From a virus (lineage: Duplodnaviria > Caudoviricetes): 44,728 nt of DNA. Of the stretch, positions 1 through 7,889 are shown one piece after another (the stretch's first letter is position 1; the number at the start of each line of letters is the position of its first letter). The notes beneath the pieces were generated by a model, which had not been told where the DNA came from, made no database searches, and saw only the letters and a list, made by a program, of their open reading frames with translations. The DNA lies in the IMG/VR virus record IMGVR_UViG_3300049141_000061, positions 1 through 44,728 of that record; one strand, 5' to 3'. A program made the position numbers and the translations under genes.

Positions 1-453
1 CCGCCGCCCCCTCCACCACCGCCCGCCACGGCTGCTCCGGTGCCCTTTCCGCCCGATCCGGAACCCCGGATCGTCGAAGTCCGCCACGTCCACCAGATCG
101 TCCTGACCAGCCCGGAGCCCGATCCGGAACCGTCTCCGCGCCTCTGGGAGCGCGTGTGGGACCGCCTCGCCACGTGGCGCATGGCCGTCGCGCTCGGCGC
201 CGCCCTCACCCCTTGGGCCGGCGGGCAGAGCCCTGTCGGCATCTGGTCCCACACCGTCCACCAGGCCCGCACGGAGGCGGGCATCGGCGCTGCTTACGTC
301 ATCGCTGGCGTCGCCGTTGCTGCGGCCTGGGGCCTGGACCGGCACACCGGCCGCGCCGTCCCCCGCTTCCTCCTCGTCACCGCCGGTCTCGGCGCCTTCG
401 GCGTCCTGCACTGGTGGGACCCGATCCTCGCCTTGACCGGAGTCGACCTGTGA
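1..453 (+). CDS. Pro-rich membrane protein, 5'-truncated (Spd-like candidate)
   Basis: Frame is open from base 1 (PPPPPPPPATAAPVPF...). About 3 hydrophobic segments. Stop overlaps next start (GTGA). Confidence 0.75.
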   Translation, partial: PPPPPPPPATAAPVPFPPDPEPRIVEVRHVHQIVLTSPEPDPEPSPRLWERVWDRLATWRMAVALGAALTPWAGGQSPVGIWSHTVHQARTEAGIGAAYVIAGVAVAAAWGLDRHTGRAVPRFLLVTAGLGAFGVLHWWDPILALTGVDL

Positions 454-962
454 CCGCCACGTCCACGCTCACCCTGGGCGGCCTGCTCCTCGCCCTGATC
501 ATCCTGACCTGCAACTTGTACCCCTGGTATCGCGGCGGCCGAGAGATGAAGCAACTCGCCTCCTTCGGGAAGGGGTTCGCTGCCGCAGTCTGTGCTGCCG
601 CCTGCCCGGGCGGCATCCTCGGCTGGGCCCACTCCCGCTCGGCCACGGTCGGCAACGGCGCCGGAGAGCGCGCCGGACAGGCCCTCACCGGAACGAACTC
701 CGCCGCCGGACTCACCTCCGGGCAGCTCGTCGGCCTCGGCGCAACCGGAGCGGTCATCGTCGTCATCGCCGTCACCCTCGTCGTCCTCGCCTACAAGGAG
801 GCAGGGAAGAAGGACAAGCGCCGCATCCTCGGCGGCGCCTACGTCGGCAGCGCCCTGTGCCTCACCGCGGGCGTAGCCGGCGCCCTGGCCTGGCTGCCCG
901 GCGCACTGAACGCGGCAGGGGACGGCGTGGTCGCGGCAGTACAAGGAGCAGGCATCCTGTGA
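450..962 (+). CDS. Gly/Ala-rich integral membrane protein, about 4 TM (Spd-like candidate)
   Basis: GTG at 450 coupled to upstream stop; MTATSTLTLGGLLLALIIL...; several hydrophobic helices with GxxxG motifs. Confidence 0.8.
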   Translation: MTATSTLTLGGLLLALIILTCNLYPWYRGGREMKQLASFGKGFAAAVCAAACPGGILGWAHSRSATVGNGAGERAGQALTGTNSAAGLTSGQLVGLGATGAVIVVIAVTLVVLAYKEAGKKDKRRILGGAYVGSALCLTAGVAGALAWLPGALNAAGDGVVAAVQGAGIL

Positions 963-1552
963 ACCGCCTCGTACGCGTAGCCGACCGAATCGCCAGCGGA
1001 TCCGCGGCCGTCACGCACCGCCTGGGCGGCCGCCTGGCCGCGTGGATCCGCCGCGGCCGGCGCGAGGATCTCACCGGCTGGCGGGCCGCGCTCGGCTGCT
1101 GGCTGCGCCTGGCCATCCTCACCCTGGGCCTGTACCTGCTGTGGCGGCTCATCCGCGCGGTGCCGACCCTGCTGTGGCTGCTGTCCACGGGGTGGCTCCT
1201 CGCCGCGTGGCGGGCCGGAAAGACCCGCGCCGAAGCGGCCGACGAAGCCCCCGAGGAGGAGGCCCCCGCCGCCCCCGATGCGGAGGCCGTTCGGCGGCTG
1301 CTCCTCGACGTCATGGGGGACGCCTCCGCGGTGCACCTCCGCACGGTCCTCGCCCACCTTCAGCAGCACGGCCAGTGGGAGGGCCGTACGGTCACCGATC
1401 TGCGCGTCCATCTGGCCCGCCTCCAGGTGCCCCACGACCCCCGCGTGAAGGTGGCCGGCGTGCCCACGTGGGGGGTGCGTCGGAGGGACCTGGAAGCCCC
1501 TTCCCCGGCCGCCGCCCAGGAGACGTCTACCGAGGCGTCTACCGCTGCCTGA
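959..1552 (+). CDS. Membrane-anchored protein with C-terminal winged-helix-like domain resembling the TraB DNA-binding tail
   Basis: GTG at 959 (GTGA overlap); TM hairpin, acidic linker, then VHLRTVLAHL...DLRVHL...VKVAGVPTWGVRRRDL. TraB resemblance judged by eye. Confidence 0.7.
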   Translation: MNRLVRVADRIASGSAAVTHRLGGRLAAWIRRGRREDLTGWRAALGCWLRLAILTLGLYLLWRLIRAVPTLLWLLSTGWLLAAWRAGKTRAEAADEAPEEEAPAAPDAEAVRRLLLDVMGDASAVHLRTVLAHLQQHGQWEGRTVTDLRVHLARLQVPHDPRVKVAGVPTWGVRRRDLEAPSPAAAQETSTEASTAA

Positions 1553-1613
1553 CCTGCACGTCTACCGGCTCATCTACCGCCGTCTACCGCCGGATCTACC
1601 GGCCCATCTACCC
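1525..1613 (+). repeat. Array of seven 8-bp direct repeats RTCTACCG (clt/iteron-like)
   Basis: Copies start at 1525, 1537, 1560, 1572, 1582, 1594 and 1606 (last is ATCTACCC); spacings 12, 23, 12, 10, 12, 12. Confidence 0.9.
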
Positions 1614-1686
1614 CGGGGCGACCGTCCTTCCGCCAAGTCGTCCGGCCGCCCCGGTCCCATCCCAACGAGGAGACAGGACCGCCATC

Positions 1687-1827
1687 ATGGCACTCGGATT
1701 CAAGAAGCCCATCGAGCCCGACGACCCCCGCCTGAAGGGGCACGAGACGACGTACTCGTCGCAGCGCGGTGGCTGGGTGAAGACCAAGCCGAAGCCCGTC
1801 CCCGGCACGCCGAAGAAGGGACACTGA
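1687..1827 (+). CDS. Small basic hypothetical protein (46 aa)
   Basis: GAGGAG upstream; MALGFKKPIEPDDPRLKGH...; high-GC3 codons. Confidence 0.6.
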   Translation: MALGFKKPIEPDDPRLKGHETTYSSQRGGWVKTKPKPVPGTPKKGH

Positions 1828-1831
1828 CGCC

Positions 1832-2155
1832 ATGCCGACCCGACACTTCACCATCGCTGAGCTCGCCGCCCTCAACGTCCCACCGGACAACCCTCGCGCC
1901 ATCGAGTACGACGAGCACGTCCTCGCGGACGAGCAGGTGGCCGTGCTGAAGTACACGGCGCGGCGGCGCTGCGTGTTCCGCGCGCCCGACGACGGCAAGA
2001 CGTACGCGGTGGACTACGAAGCCAAGTTGGAGCTCGGCGACTTCGAGGTCGGCGGCGGCATGCCCGACAAGCACGGCTGGTACGGAGACACGGTGGAGGC
2101 CGTCGAAGTCGAGGAGCGGCAAGTCACCGTCACGAAGTGGCTGCCCCTCGACTGA
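1832..2155 (+). CDS. Hypothetical phage protein
   Basis: 107 aa ORF with typical codon bias, followed by a terminator. Confidence 0.75.
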   Translation: MPTRHFTIAELAALNVPPDNPRAIEYDEHVLADEQVAVLKYTARRRCVFRAPDDGKTYAVDYEAKLELGDFEVGGGMPDKHGWYGDTVEAVEVEERQVTVTKWLPLD

Positions 2156-2174
2156 CCGCCTGCCACACTGGAGC

Positions 2175-2220
2175 CGAGGCCCCACCGTCTTCCCCCGTGG
2201 ACGGTGGGGCCTCGCGCTTT
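2175..2220 (+). terminator. Intrinsic terminator
   Basis: 15-bp perfect stem CGAGGCCCCACCGTC / GACGGTGGGGCCTCG followed by CGCTTT. Confidence 0.75.
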
Positions 2221-2246
2221 CCGCGCGCGGCCAACCTGAACCGTGC

Positions 2247-2276
2247 TTGACGTTTCAGCCGATCGTGCCTCACCAT
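2247..2276 (+). promoter_or_regulatory. Putative housekeeping-sigma promoter
   Basis: TTGACG-N18-CACCAT upstream of the lipoprotein gene. Confidence 0.45.
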
Positions 2277-2357
2277 GGGCCGCAGATCTGGCATGCCCGG
2301 AAACGATCGCACCAGATGCGGCATGATGCCCCCTCAGCAACAGCTCCAGGGGGGAAC

Positions 2358-2771
2358 ATGCAACTCCGCCACACCGTCGCAGCCGTAGCCATCGCCGCAC
2401 TGGCACTCGCCGCGTGCAACGGCACCGACGAGGCCAGTAATGCGAAACCCAAGGAATCCGCCAGCGCCCGCGAACTCACGCAGGACCAGAGGGACAAACT
2501 GCTGAAGGACGCCGGCATCCCGCCGGAGCCCACCGGCGCGAAGCGTGCAGAGCTGCTCAAGGCCCTCGCCGCGGTCAACCCCGCCATCGTGAAGCACGAG
2601 GACAAGGCCATCAGCGCCGCGCAGAACCAGTGCGGCGCGCTCAACCGTGACGGCCAGCGCCTGGACCACTGGGCCGCCGAGCGCTTCACGTACCGGGACG
2701 TCACGACGACCGAGGACCAGGGCAAGCAGATCAACCAGGCCCTGTCGCGCATCGGCTTCTGCAAGGTCTGA
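2358..2771 (+). CDS. Lipoprotein (moron; possible superinfection exclusion)
   Basis: AGGGGG RBS; signal peptide MQLRHTVAAVAIAALALAA-C with lipobox; two further Cys. Confidence 0.8.
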   Translation: MQLRHTVAAVAIAALALAACNGTDEASNAKPKESASARELTQDQRDKLLKDAGIPPEPTGAKRAELLKALAAVNPAIVKHEDKAISAAQNQCGALNRDGQRLDHWAAERFTYRDVTTTEDQGKQINQALSRIGFCKV

Positions 2772-2786
2772 CCGACACCACGAACC

Positions 2787-2816
2787 GGCCCGGCCGCCCC
2801 GTCCCGCGGCCGGGCC
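2787..2816 (+). terminator. Stem-loop after lipoprotein gene
   Basis: GGCCCGGCCGC / GCGGCCGGGCC inverted repeat. Confidence 0.5.
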
Positions 2817-2842
2817 TTCGCATGCCCGCGAGGAGGTGCACC

Positions 2843-3328
2843 GTGGCCAACCAGAACACCAACCCGGTCACCGAGGCCGAGCTCCAACGCATCCGCGAGC
2901 TGCACGCCGAGGGCAAGGGCCGCAACGAGATCTCCCGCATCACCGGCCGAGCACAGCGAACCATCAGCGTGCAGGCCGCGAAGATGGGCCTCACCTTCGA
3001 CCGCACCATGACCGAGGAAGCCACCCGCGCGCGGAAGGCCGACCTCGAGGAGCGGCGCGTCATCCTCGCCGAGGCCCTGCAGGGCGACGCCGAGCAGCTC
3101 ACCGAACAACTCTGGCAGCCAGCCAAGGTCTTCAACATCGGCGGCAGCGCCAACACGTACACCGACCACGACGTCGACGAGCCCCCGGCCGACGCGAAGA
3201 AGGCGCTCATGGCCGCGGCCGGCATCGCCATCGAGAAGTCGCTGAAGCTCGTCCCGCCGGAGCGTGAAGACCTGGAGGGCCTGGCGGCGGTGGACGCGTG
3301 GCTGAGGGGGATGATGCCCGACCAGTGA
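2843..3328 (+). CDS. Terminase small subunit (N-terminal HTH)
   Basis: AGGAGG RBS with GTG; HTH (GRNEISRITGRAQRTIS); directly upstream of the large terminase. Confidence 0.75.
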   Translation: MANQNTNPVTEAELQRIRELHAEGKGRNEISRITGRAQRTISVQAAKMGLTFDRTMTEEATRARKADLEERRVILAEALQGDAEQLTEQLWQPAKVFNIGGSANTYTDHDVDEPPADAKKALMAAAGIAIEKSLKLVPPEREDLEGLAAVDAWLRGMMPDQ

Positions 3329-3338
3329 GGGGGCAGCG

Positions 3339-4634
3339 ATGTTCAAGCCCCTCGCTGGCAAGGCACTTCGCTCCACGCAGCTGGCGGCCGCGCGCGGCAA
3401 TCTGTGGGAAGGTGCGGTCCGGTCGTCCAAGACGATCAGCTCAATCATCGTGTGGATCCGCTACATCCGCACCGGCCCCCCAGGCGCGCTCCTCATGGTC
3501 GGCAAGACCGAGCGCACGCTGAAGCGGAACATCATCGACCCGATGGTGCAGATGCTCGGCAAGAAGCGGTGCGACTACCGCGCGGGCGCGGGCGAGGTCA
3601 CCATCCTCGGCCGCGTGATCTACGTGGCCGGCGCGAACGACGAGCGGGCCGCCGACAAGATCAAGGGCCTCACCCTCGCCGGGGCGTACCTCGACGAGGT
3701 GACGACCTACCCGGAAACCTTCTTCCAGATGCTGGAGACCCGGCTCAGCGTCGAGGGAGCGCAGTGGTTCGGCACCACCAACCCGGAGGGCCCGAACCAC
3801 TGGCTGAAGAAGCAGATCCTCGACCGGGCCCGGCTGCACCTGCGGCGTGACGGGACCCTGCTGGAATCGCAGGACCCGGCCGCCCTGGACGTGGCCCGCT
3901 TCAGCTTCGTCCTCGACGACAACCCGACGCTGCCGGCCGCGTACGTGGATTCGCTGAAGCGCTCGCATCAGGGTCTGTTCTTCAAGCGATACATCCTCGG
4001 CGAGTGGTGCCTGGCCGAAGGCGTGATCTACGACAGCTTCGACGAGTCCCGGCACGTCGTGGACCTCCTCCCCGAAATCTCACGGTGGATGTGCGTGGGC
4101 CTGGACTACGGCACCGTGAACCCCTTCGCGGCGCTCCTGGTCGGCATCGGCGCCGACAGCCGCATGTACGTGGCCTCGGAATACCGGCACGACTCGCGGG
4201 TGGCGAAGCGGCAGCTGACGGACGCGCAGTACAGCCTCGGCGTGCGCCGGTGGCTGTCGTCGTACGAGCACCGCGGGCAGAAAGGCGTCCAGCCGAGCTG
4301 GATCTTCGTGGACCCGAGCGCCGCGAGCTTCATGACACAGCTCTGGTCGGACGGCGTCCCGGGTGTGGCGAAGGCCGACAACGAGGTGAAGGACGGCATC
4401 CGGTCTGTGTCGACGGCGTTCGGCGAGAACATCCTGTCCATCCACCGCTCGTGCACCGGCCTGCTGGAGGAACTCCCGGCGTACGTCTGGGACGCGAAAG
4501 CCTCGGAGAAGGGCATCGACCAGCCGCTGAAGGTCGACGACCACAGCGTGGACGGTCTGCGGTACGGGCTGCACAGCTCGGTGAATGAGTGGCGGCACCT
4601 GCTGCCGATGACATCGCTGGAGGTGGCTGCCTGA
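3339..4634 (+). CDS. terL: Terminase large subunit (PBSX/SPP1-like)
   Basis: Walker A GAVRSSKT, Walker B YLDE, TTNP coupling motif, nuclease GLDYG and DDHSVDGLRY. Confidence 0.95.
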   Translation: MFKPLAGKALRSTQLAAARGNLWEGAVRSSKTISSIIVWIRYIRTGPPGALLMVGKTERTLKRNIIDPMVQMLGKKRCDYRAGAGEVTILGRVIYVAGANDERAADKIKGLTLAGAYLDEVTTYPETFFQMLETRLSVEGAQWFGTTNPEGPNHWLKKQILDRARLHLRRDGTLLESQDPAALDVARFSFVLDDNPTLPAAYVDSLKRSHQGLFFKRYILGEWCLAEGVIYDSFDESRHVVDLLPEISRWMCVGLDYGTVNPFAALLVGIGADSRMYVASEYRHDSRVAKRQLTDAQYSLGVRRWLSSYEHRGQKGVQPSWIFVDPSAASFMTQLWSDGVPGVAKADNEVKDGIRSVSTAFGENILSIHRSCTGLLEELPAYVWDAKASEKGIDQPLKVDDHSVDGLRYGLHSSVNEWRHLLPMTSLEVAA

Positions 4635-4831
4635 TGGCCGCGACGTTGTCCATCCCCGTGTACCTGTCGATCGGCAGCGGCTCCGCCATGGAGATCGGAC
4701 AGATCGAGCTGTCAGCTGGCCCTGACGGCAAGGTCACCCTGACCGTCCTGGACATCGCTGCGGCCCTGCGAGAGACCGCGGACGCGATGGAGGCTGCCGC
4801 ACGGGAGGAGGTGGGTGATGCCGCTCCCTGA
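4634..4831 (+). CDS. Small hypothetical protein between terminase and portal
   Basis: GGAGG RBS, TGATG overlap, 65 aa. Confidence 0.6.
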   Translation: MAATLSIPVYLSIGSGSAMEIGQIELSAGPDGKVTLTVLDIAAALRETADAMEAAAREEVGDAAP

Positions 4832-6419
4832 GAAGAACATCGCGTGGCCGCCGATCCACCCCGCGATCCGCGCCGACATGGAGGACTGGGCAGCCTGGTT
4901 CTCGGCGAACCCGGATCGTCTGGCCTACCGCTACCGCAACCGGCACCGTGACAGCGCCCGCTTCGGGCCCGCTGAGAACCGGCCCTCGCAGTACCGCGGC
5001 GGCATGGTCGGTCGCGTGGCCCGCTGGTTCTGGGGCGAGCCCACCCCCCTCGGCGAGAAGCGCGCCAACTTGCACATGCCGCTCGCCCGCGACATCGCCC
5101 GCACCAGCAGCGACCTGCTGTACTCCGAGCCGCCCACCCTGAAGGCAGAGAACACAACCACGCAGGAGCGACTCGAAGAGCTGATGGACTCCGGGCTGAA
5201 GCGGACCCTCATCGCCGCCGGCGAGTCCGGGGCCGCGCTCGGCGGGGCGTACCTGCGGATCGTGTGGGACATCGAGATCACCGACCGGCCGTGGATTGGT
5301 GTCGTCCACGCCGACGGCGCTGCACCGGAGTTCGCACATGGGGAGCGGCTGAAGGCCGTCACGTTCTGGACCGTGATTCTCGTCGACGGGCAGCGCGTCG
5401 TCCGGCACCTGGAGCGGCACGAGCCCGGCTACGTGCTGCACGGCGTGTACGACGGCACTGAGGACAACCTCGGCAAGCCGCGGGGGCTGGAGGAGTTTGA
5501 GCAGACGAAGGCGTTCCAGCCGGTGCGGCAACTGCCTGCCGGGATGGAGAAGAAGCTCCTCGTCTCGTACATCCCCAACACCATGGTGGCGCCGGACTGG
5601 CGGGACATCCCCGGCGCGGCTGGCCTCGGCACGTCGGACTATCAGGGCGCGGAGACGTTCCTGTCGGCGATCGACGAGACGTACACGTCGTGGATGCGGG
5701 ACATCCGCCTCGCCAAATCGCGGATCATCGTTCCGGCCGGCTACCTCCTGGCGACGGGGCCGGGCACGGGCGCAGTGTGGGAGGACCGCGAGGTCTACGC
5801 CCCGATGAACGTGCCGCCGACCAGCGAGCAGCAGATCACGTTGAACCAGTTCCTCATCCGACACGAGGAGCACCGGGCCACGATCGAGGAGCTCGTAGGC
5901 AAGGTCGTCCGCAACGCGGGCTACTCCGGCAGCACGTTCGGCGACGACGGGGACGGCCCCGCGGCGACCGCCACGGAGATCAAGGCGCGCGCGGCGCGCA
6001 GCATGAGCACGCGCGCACGCAAGGCCGAGCTGAGCGTTGTAGGAATCGCCGACATCACCGAGGCCTACCTCATGGTGCTGGCGTCGGGCATGTTCCCCGG
6101 CTACAGCGATGTCGAGGTCGAGCGGCCGGACGTCGAGTTCCAGGACAGCGTGCAGGACGACATCAAGACCCTTGCCGAGACCACGGCCCTGATGAGCCAG
6201 GCGGAGGCCGCGTCGACCGAGGTGAAGGTCGCCCTCCTGCACCCGGACTGGGACGAGAAGGCACAGAAGGAGGAGGTCCGCCGGATCCAGAAGGAGACCG
6301 GCCGCCTCGTCGAGGACCCTCTCACCCTGGGCGCGGACCGGCCAGCCTTCGAGGAGGAGCTGCCAGCCGAGGAAGCGGATGAGGACGCCGAGGCGAAGGA
6401 CGAGACAGCCGAGGAGTAG
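4818..6419 (+). CDS. Portal protein (SPP1 gp6-like)
   Basis: About 533 aa after terminase; TATEI motif, acidic tail; GGAGGAGG RBS. Confidence 0.9.
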   Translation: MPLPEKNIAWPPIHPAIRADMEDWAAWFSANPDRLAYRYRNRHRDSARFGPAENRPSQYRGGMVGRVARWFWGEPTPLGEKRANLHMPLARDIARTSSDLLYSEPPTLKAENTTTQERLEELMDSGLKRTLIAAGESGAALGGAYLRIVWDIEITDRPWIGVVHADGAAPEFAHGERLKAVTFWTVILVDGQRVVRHLERHEPGYVLHGVYDGTEDNLGKPRGLEEFEQTKAFQPVRQLPAGMEKKLLVSYIPNTMVAPDWRDIPGAAGLGTSDYQGAETFLSAIDETYTSWMRDIRLAKSRIIVPAGYLLATGPGTGAVWEDREVYAPMNVPPTSEQQITLNQFLIRHEEHRATIEELVGKVVRNAGYSGSTFGDDGDGPAATATEIKARAARSMSTRARKAELSVVGIADITEAYLMVLASGMFPGYSDVEVERPDVEFQDSVQDDIKTLAETTALMSQAEAASTEVKVALLHPDWDEKAQKEEVRRIQKETGRLVEDPLTLGADRPAFEEELPAEEADEDAEAKDETAEE

Positions 6420-6431
6420 CGGGGGTGACTC

Positions 6432-7547
6432 ATGCCGGTCAGCCCCGACATGGCCGAGGATCTCGCGGCCGCCGTCTCGACACTGTACGAGCAGGCCGAG
6501 CTGGCGCTGATCGAGAAAGTCACGCGCGCACTCGCTGAGGGACTCAACTCCCCGCTGTGGACGGACCTGAAGCTTGCGGCGATCGGCAACCTGCGCACGG
6601 CGATCGAGGAGATCATCGCCGTACTCCAGGTCGACGCCGCCGGCGCGATCCACCAGGCCGTCGCCGACGCGTACGACCGCGGGCAGCAGGCCGCCGTCGC
6701 CGAGCTCGGCGCGCTGGCTGTCGGCCCGGCGCTCGCCGCTGCCGAAGCGCTACCCGCGGCGGCCGCCGTGGACCGGCTCGCCGCAGCGCTGGTGCAGGAG
6801 ACCGGCCCGGCCCACGTGCGGATGCTGCGCACCGCCCTCGACGTCTACCGGCAGGTGATCGCGGAGGCGTCCTCGGCACCACTGCTCGGCGCCACAACGC
6901 GCCGGGAAGCAGCCGCGCGGGCGCTCGCGAAGTTCGCGAACAAGGGCGTGACCGGGTTCGTGGACCGGACTGGGCGCGCGTGGAACCTCACGAGCTACGT
7001 AGAGATGGCCACCCGATCCGCCGTCGGGCGCGCGGCCGTGCAAGCACACACGGACAGGCTCGCTGCTGCCGGGATCGAGCTGGTGGTGGTGTCGGACGCC
7101 CCGGAGGAGTGCCCCCGCTGCAAGCCATGGGAGGGCAAGGTGTTGCGGCGCGAGGGCCCCTCCGGGGCCGGGGTGGTGGAGCTGGAGCACGCTACGGAGG
7201 ACGGCCGTATGGTGCGGGTCCGCGTGGCGGGCAGTCTGCCGGAGGCCCGGGCAGCCGGGCTCATGCACCCGAACTGCCGCCACTCGGTGAGCATCTACCT
7301 TCCGGGCCTGACGCGGCCGCGGCCGAAGCCTCCGTCGCGGGCAACGTACGAGCAGACGCAGCAGCAGCGGTACCTGGAGCGGCAGATCAGGGCGTGGAAG
7401 CGCCGTGCGGCTGGGGCCGTGGACGACGCCGCGCGTACCCGGGCGAACGCGAAGGTTCGCGAGTACCAGGGACGTGTCCGTGAGCTGGTCGCGGAGACCG
7501 GGCTACCCCGAAAGAGCCGCCGCGAACAGCTCACGGGCGCTCGTTAG
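6432..7547 (+). CDS. Minor capsid / head morphogenesis protein
   Basis: CPRCKPWEG and HPNCRH motifs; QRYLERQIRAWK; position after portal. Confidence 0.88.
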   Translation: MPVSPDMAEDLAAAVSTLYEQAELALIEKVTRALAEGLNSPLWTDLKLAAIGNLRTAIEEIIAVLQVDAAGAIHQAVADAYDRGQQAAVAELGALAVGPALAAAEALPAAAAVDRLAAALVQETGPAHVRMLRTALDVYRQVIAEASSAPLLGATTRREAAARALAKFANKGVTGFVDRTGRAWNLTSYVEMATRSAVGRAAVQAHTDRLAAAGIELVVVSDAPEECPRCKPWEGKVLRREGPSGAGVVELEHATEDGRMVRVRVAGSLPEARAAGLMHPNCRHSVSIYLPGLTRPRPKPPSRATYEQTQQQRYLERQIRAWKRRAAGAVDDAARTRANAKVREYQGRVRELVAETGLPRKSRREQLTGAR

Positions 7548-7789
7548 AAGCCGCGGACCTTGGGCCGTGGGGCGTCGGCAGTCGACCAGGGATCTCCACT
7601 CACGCTGAACCAAGCAGCGGGACCGTACACCGCAACCGGGGCCTCCTTCTTGGTGATGTGGCCACCATCCTCCTTCTCGAAGATCGAGAGGGTGCCGTTG
7701 TCGTTGACGACGTACCGATACTCGCGCCCCTCCCCGTCCTCGTACCGGAACGGGTCGTCGGCGCCTATGAACTTGATCTCTACAGACAT
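7544..7789 (-). CDS. Small antisense-oriented moron protein (81 aa), probably leaderless
   Basis: MSVEIKFIGADDPFRYED...; good codon bias on minus strand; TACCGT -10-like box 6 nt before ATG; no RBS. Confidence 0.7.
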   Translation of the reverse strand: MSVEIKFIGADDPFRYEDGEGREYRYVVNDNGTLSIFEKEDGGHITKKEAPVAVYGPAAWFSVSGDPWSTADAPRPKVRGF

Positions 7790-7889
7790 GCCGAAACGGT
7801 AGCCCAACAGGGCCAATCGGACGGCGTCTTTGATCAGACTTCCGGCCGCCGCACGGCGCCCGGGCAACCCGAAACGGGAGAAGATCACC

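Noticed and set aside
2318-2330. GCGGCATGATGCC palindrome also found at the integrase start (about 30610-30622)
   Set aside because: Only two copies in unrelated contexts; could be chance.
4734-6653. Long antisense ORFs (also 42983-44671, 29189-30697, 39391-40779, 36060-37322)
   Set aside because: Shadow ORFs from high-GC codon bias opposite clear genes.
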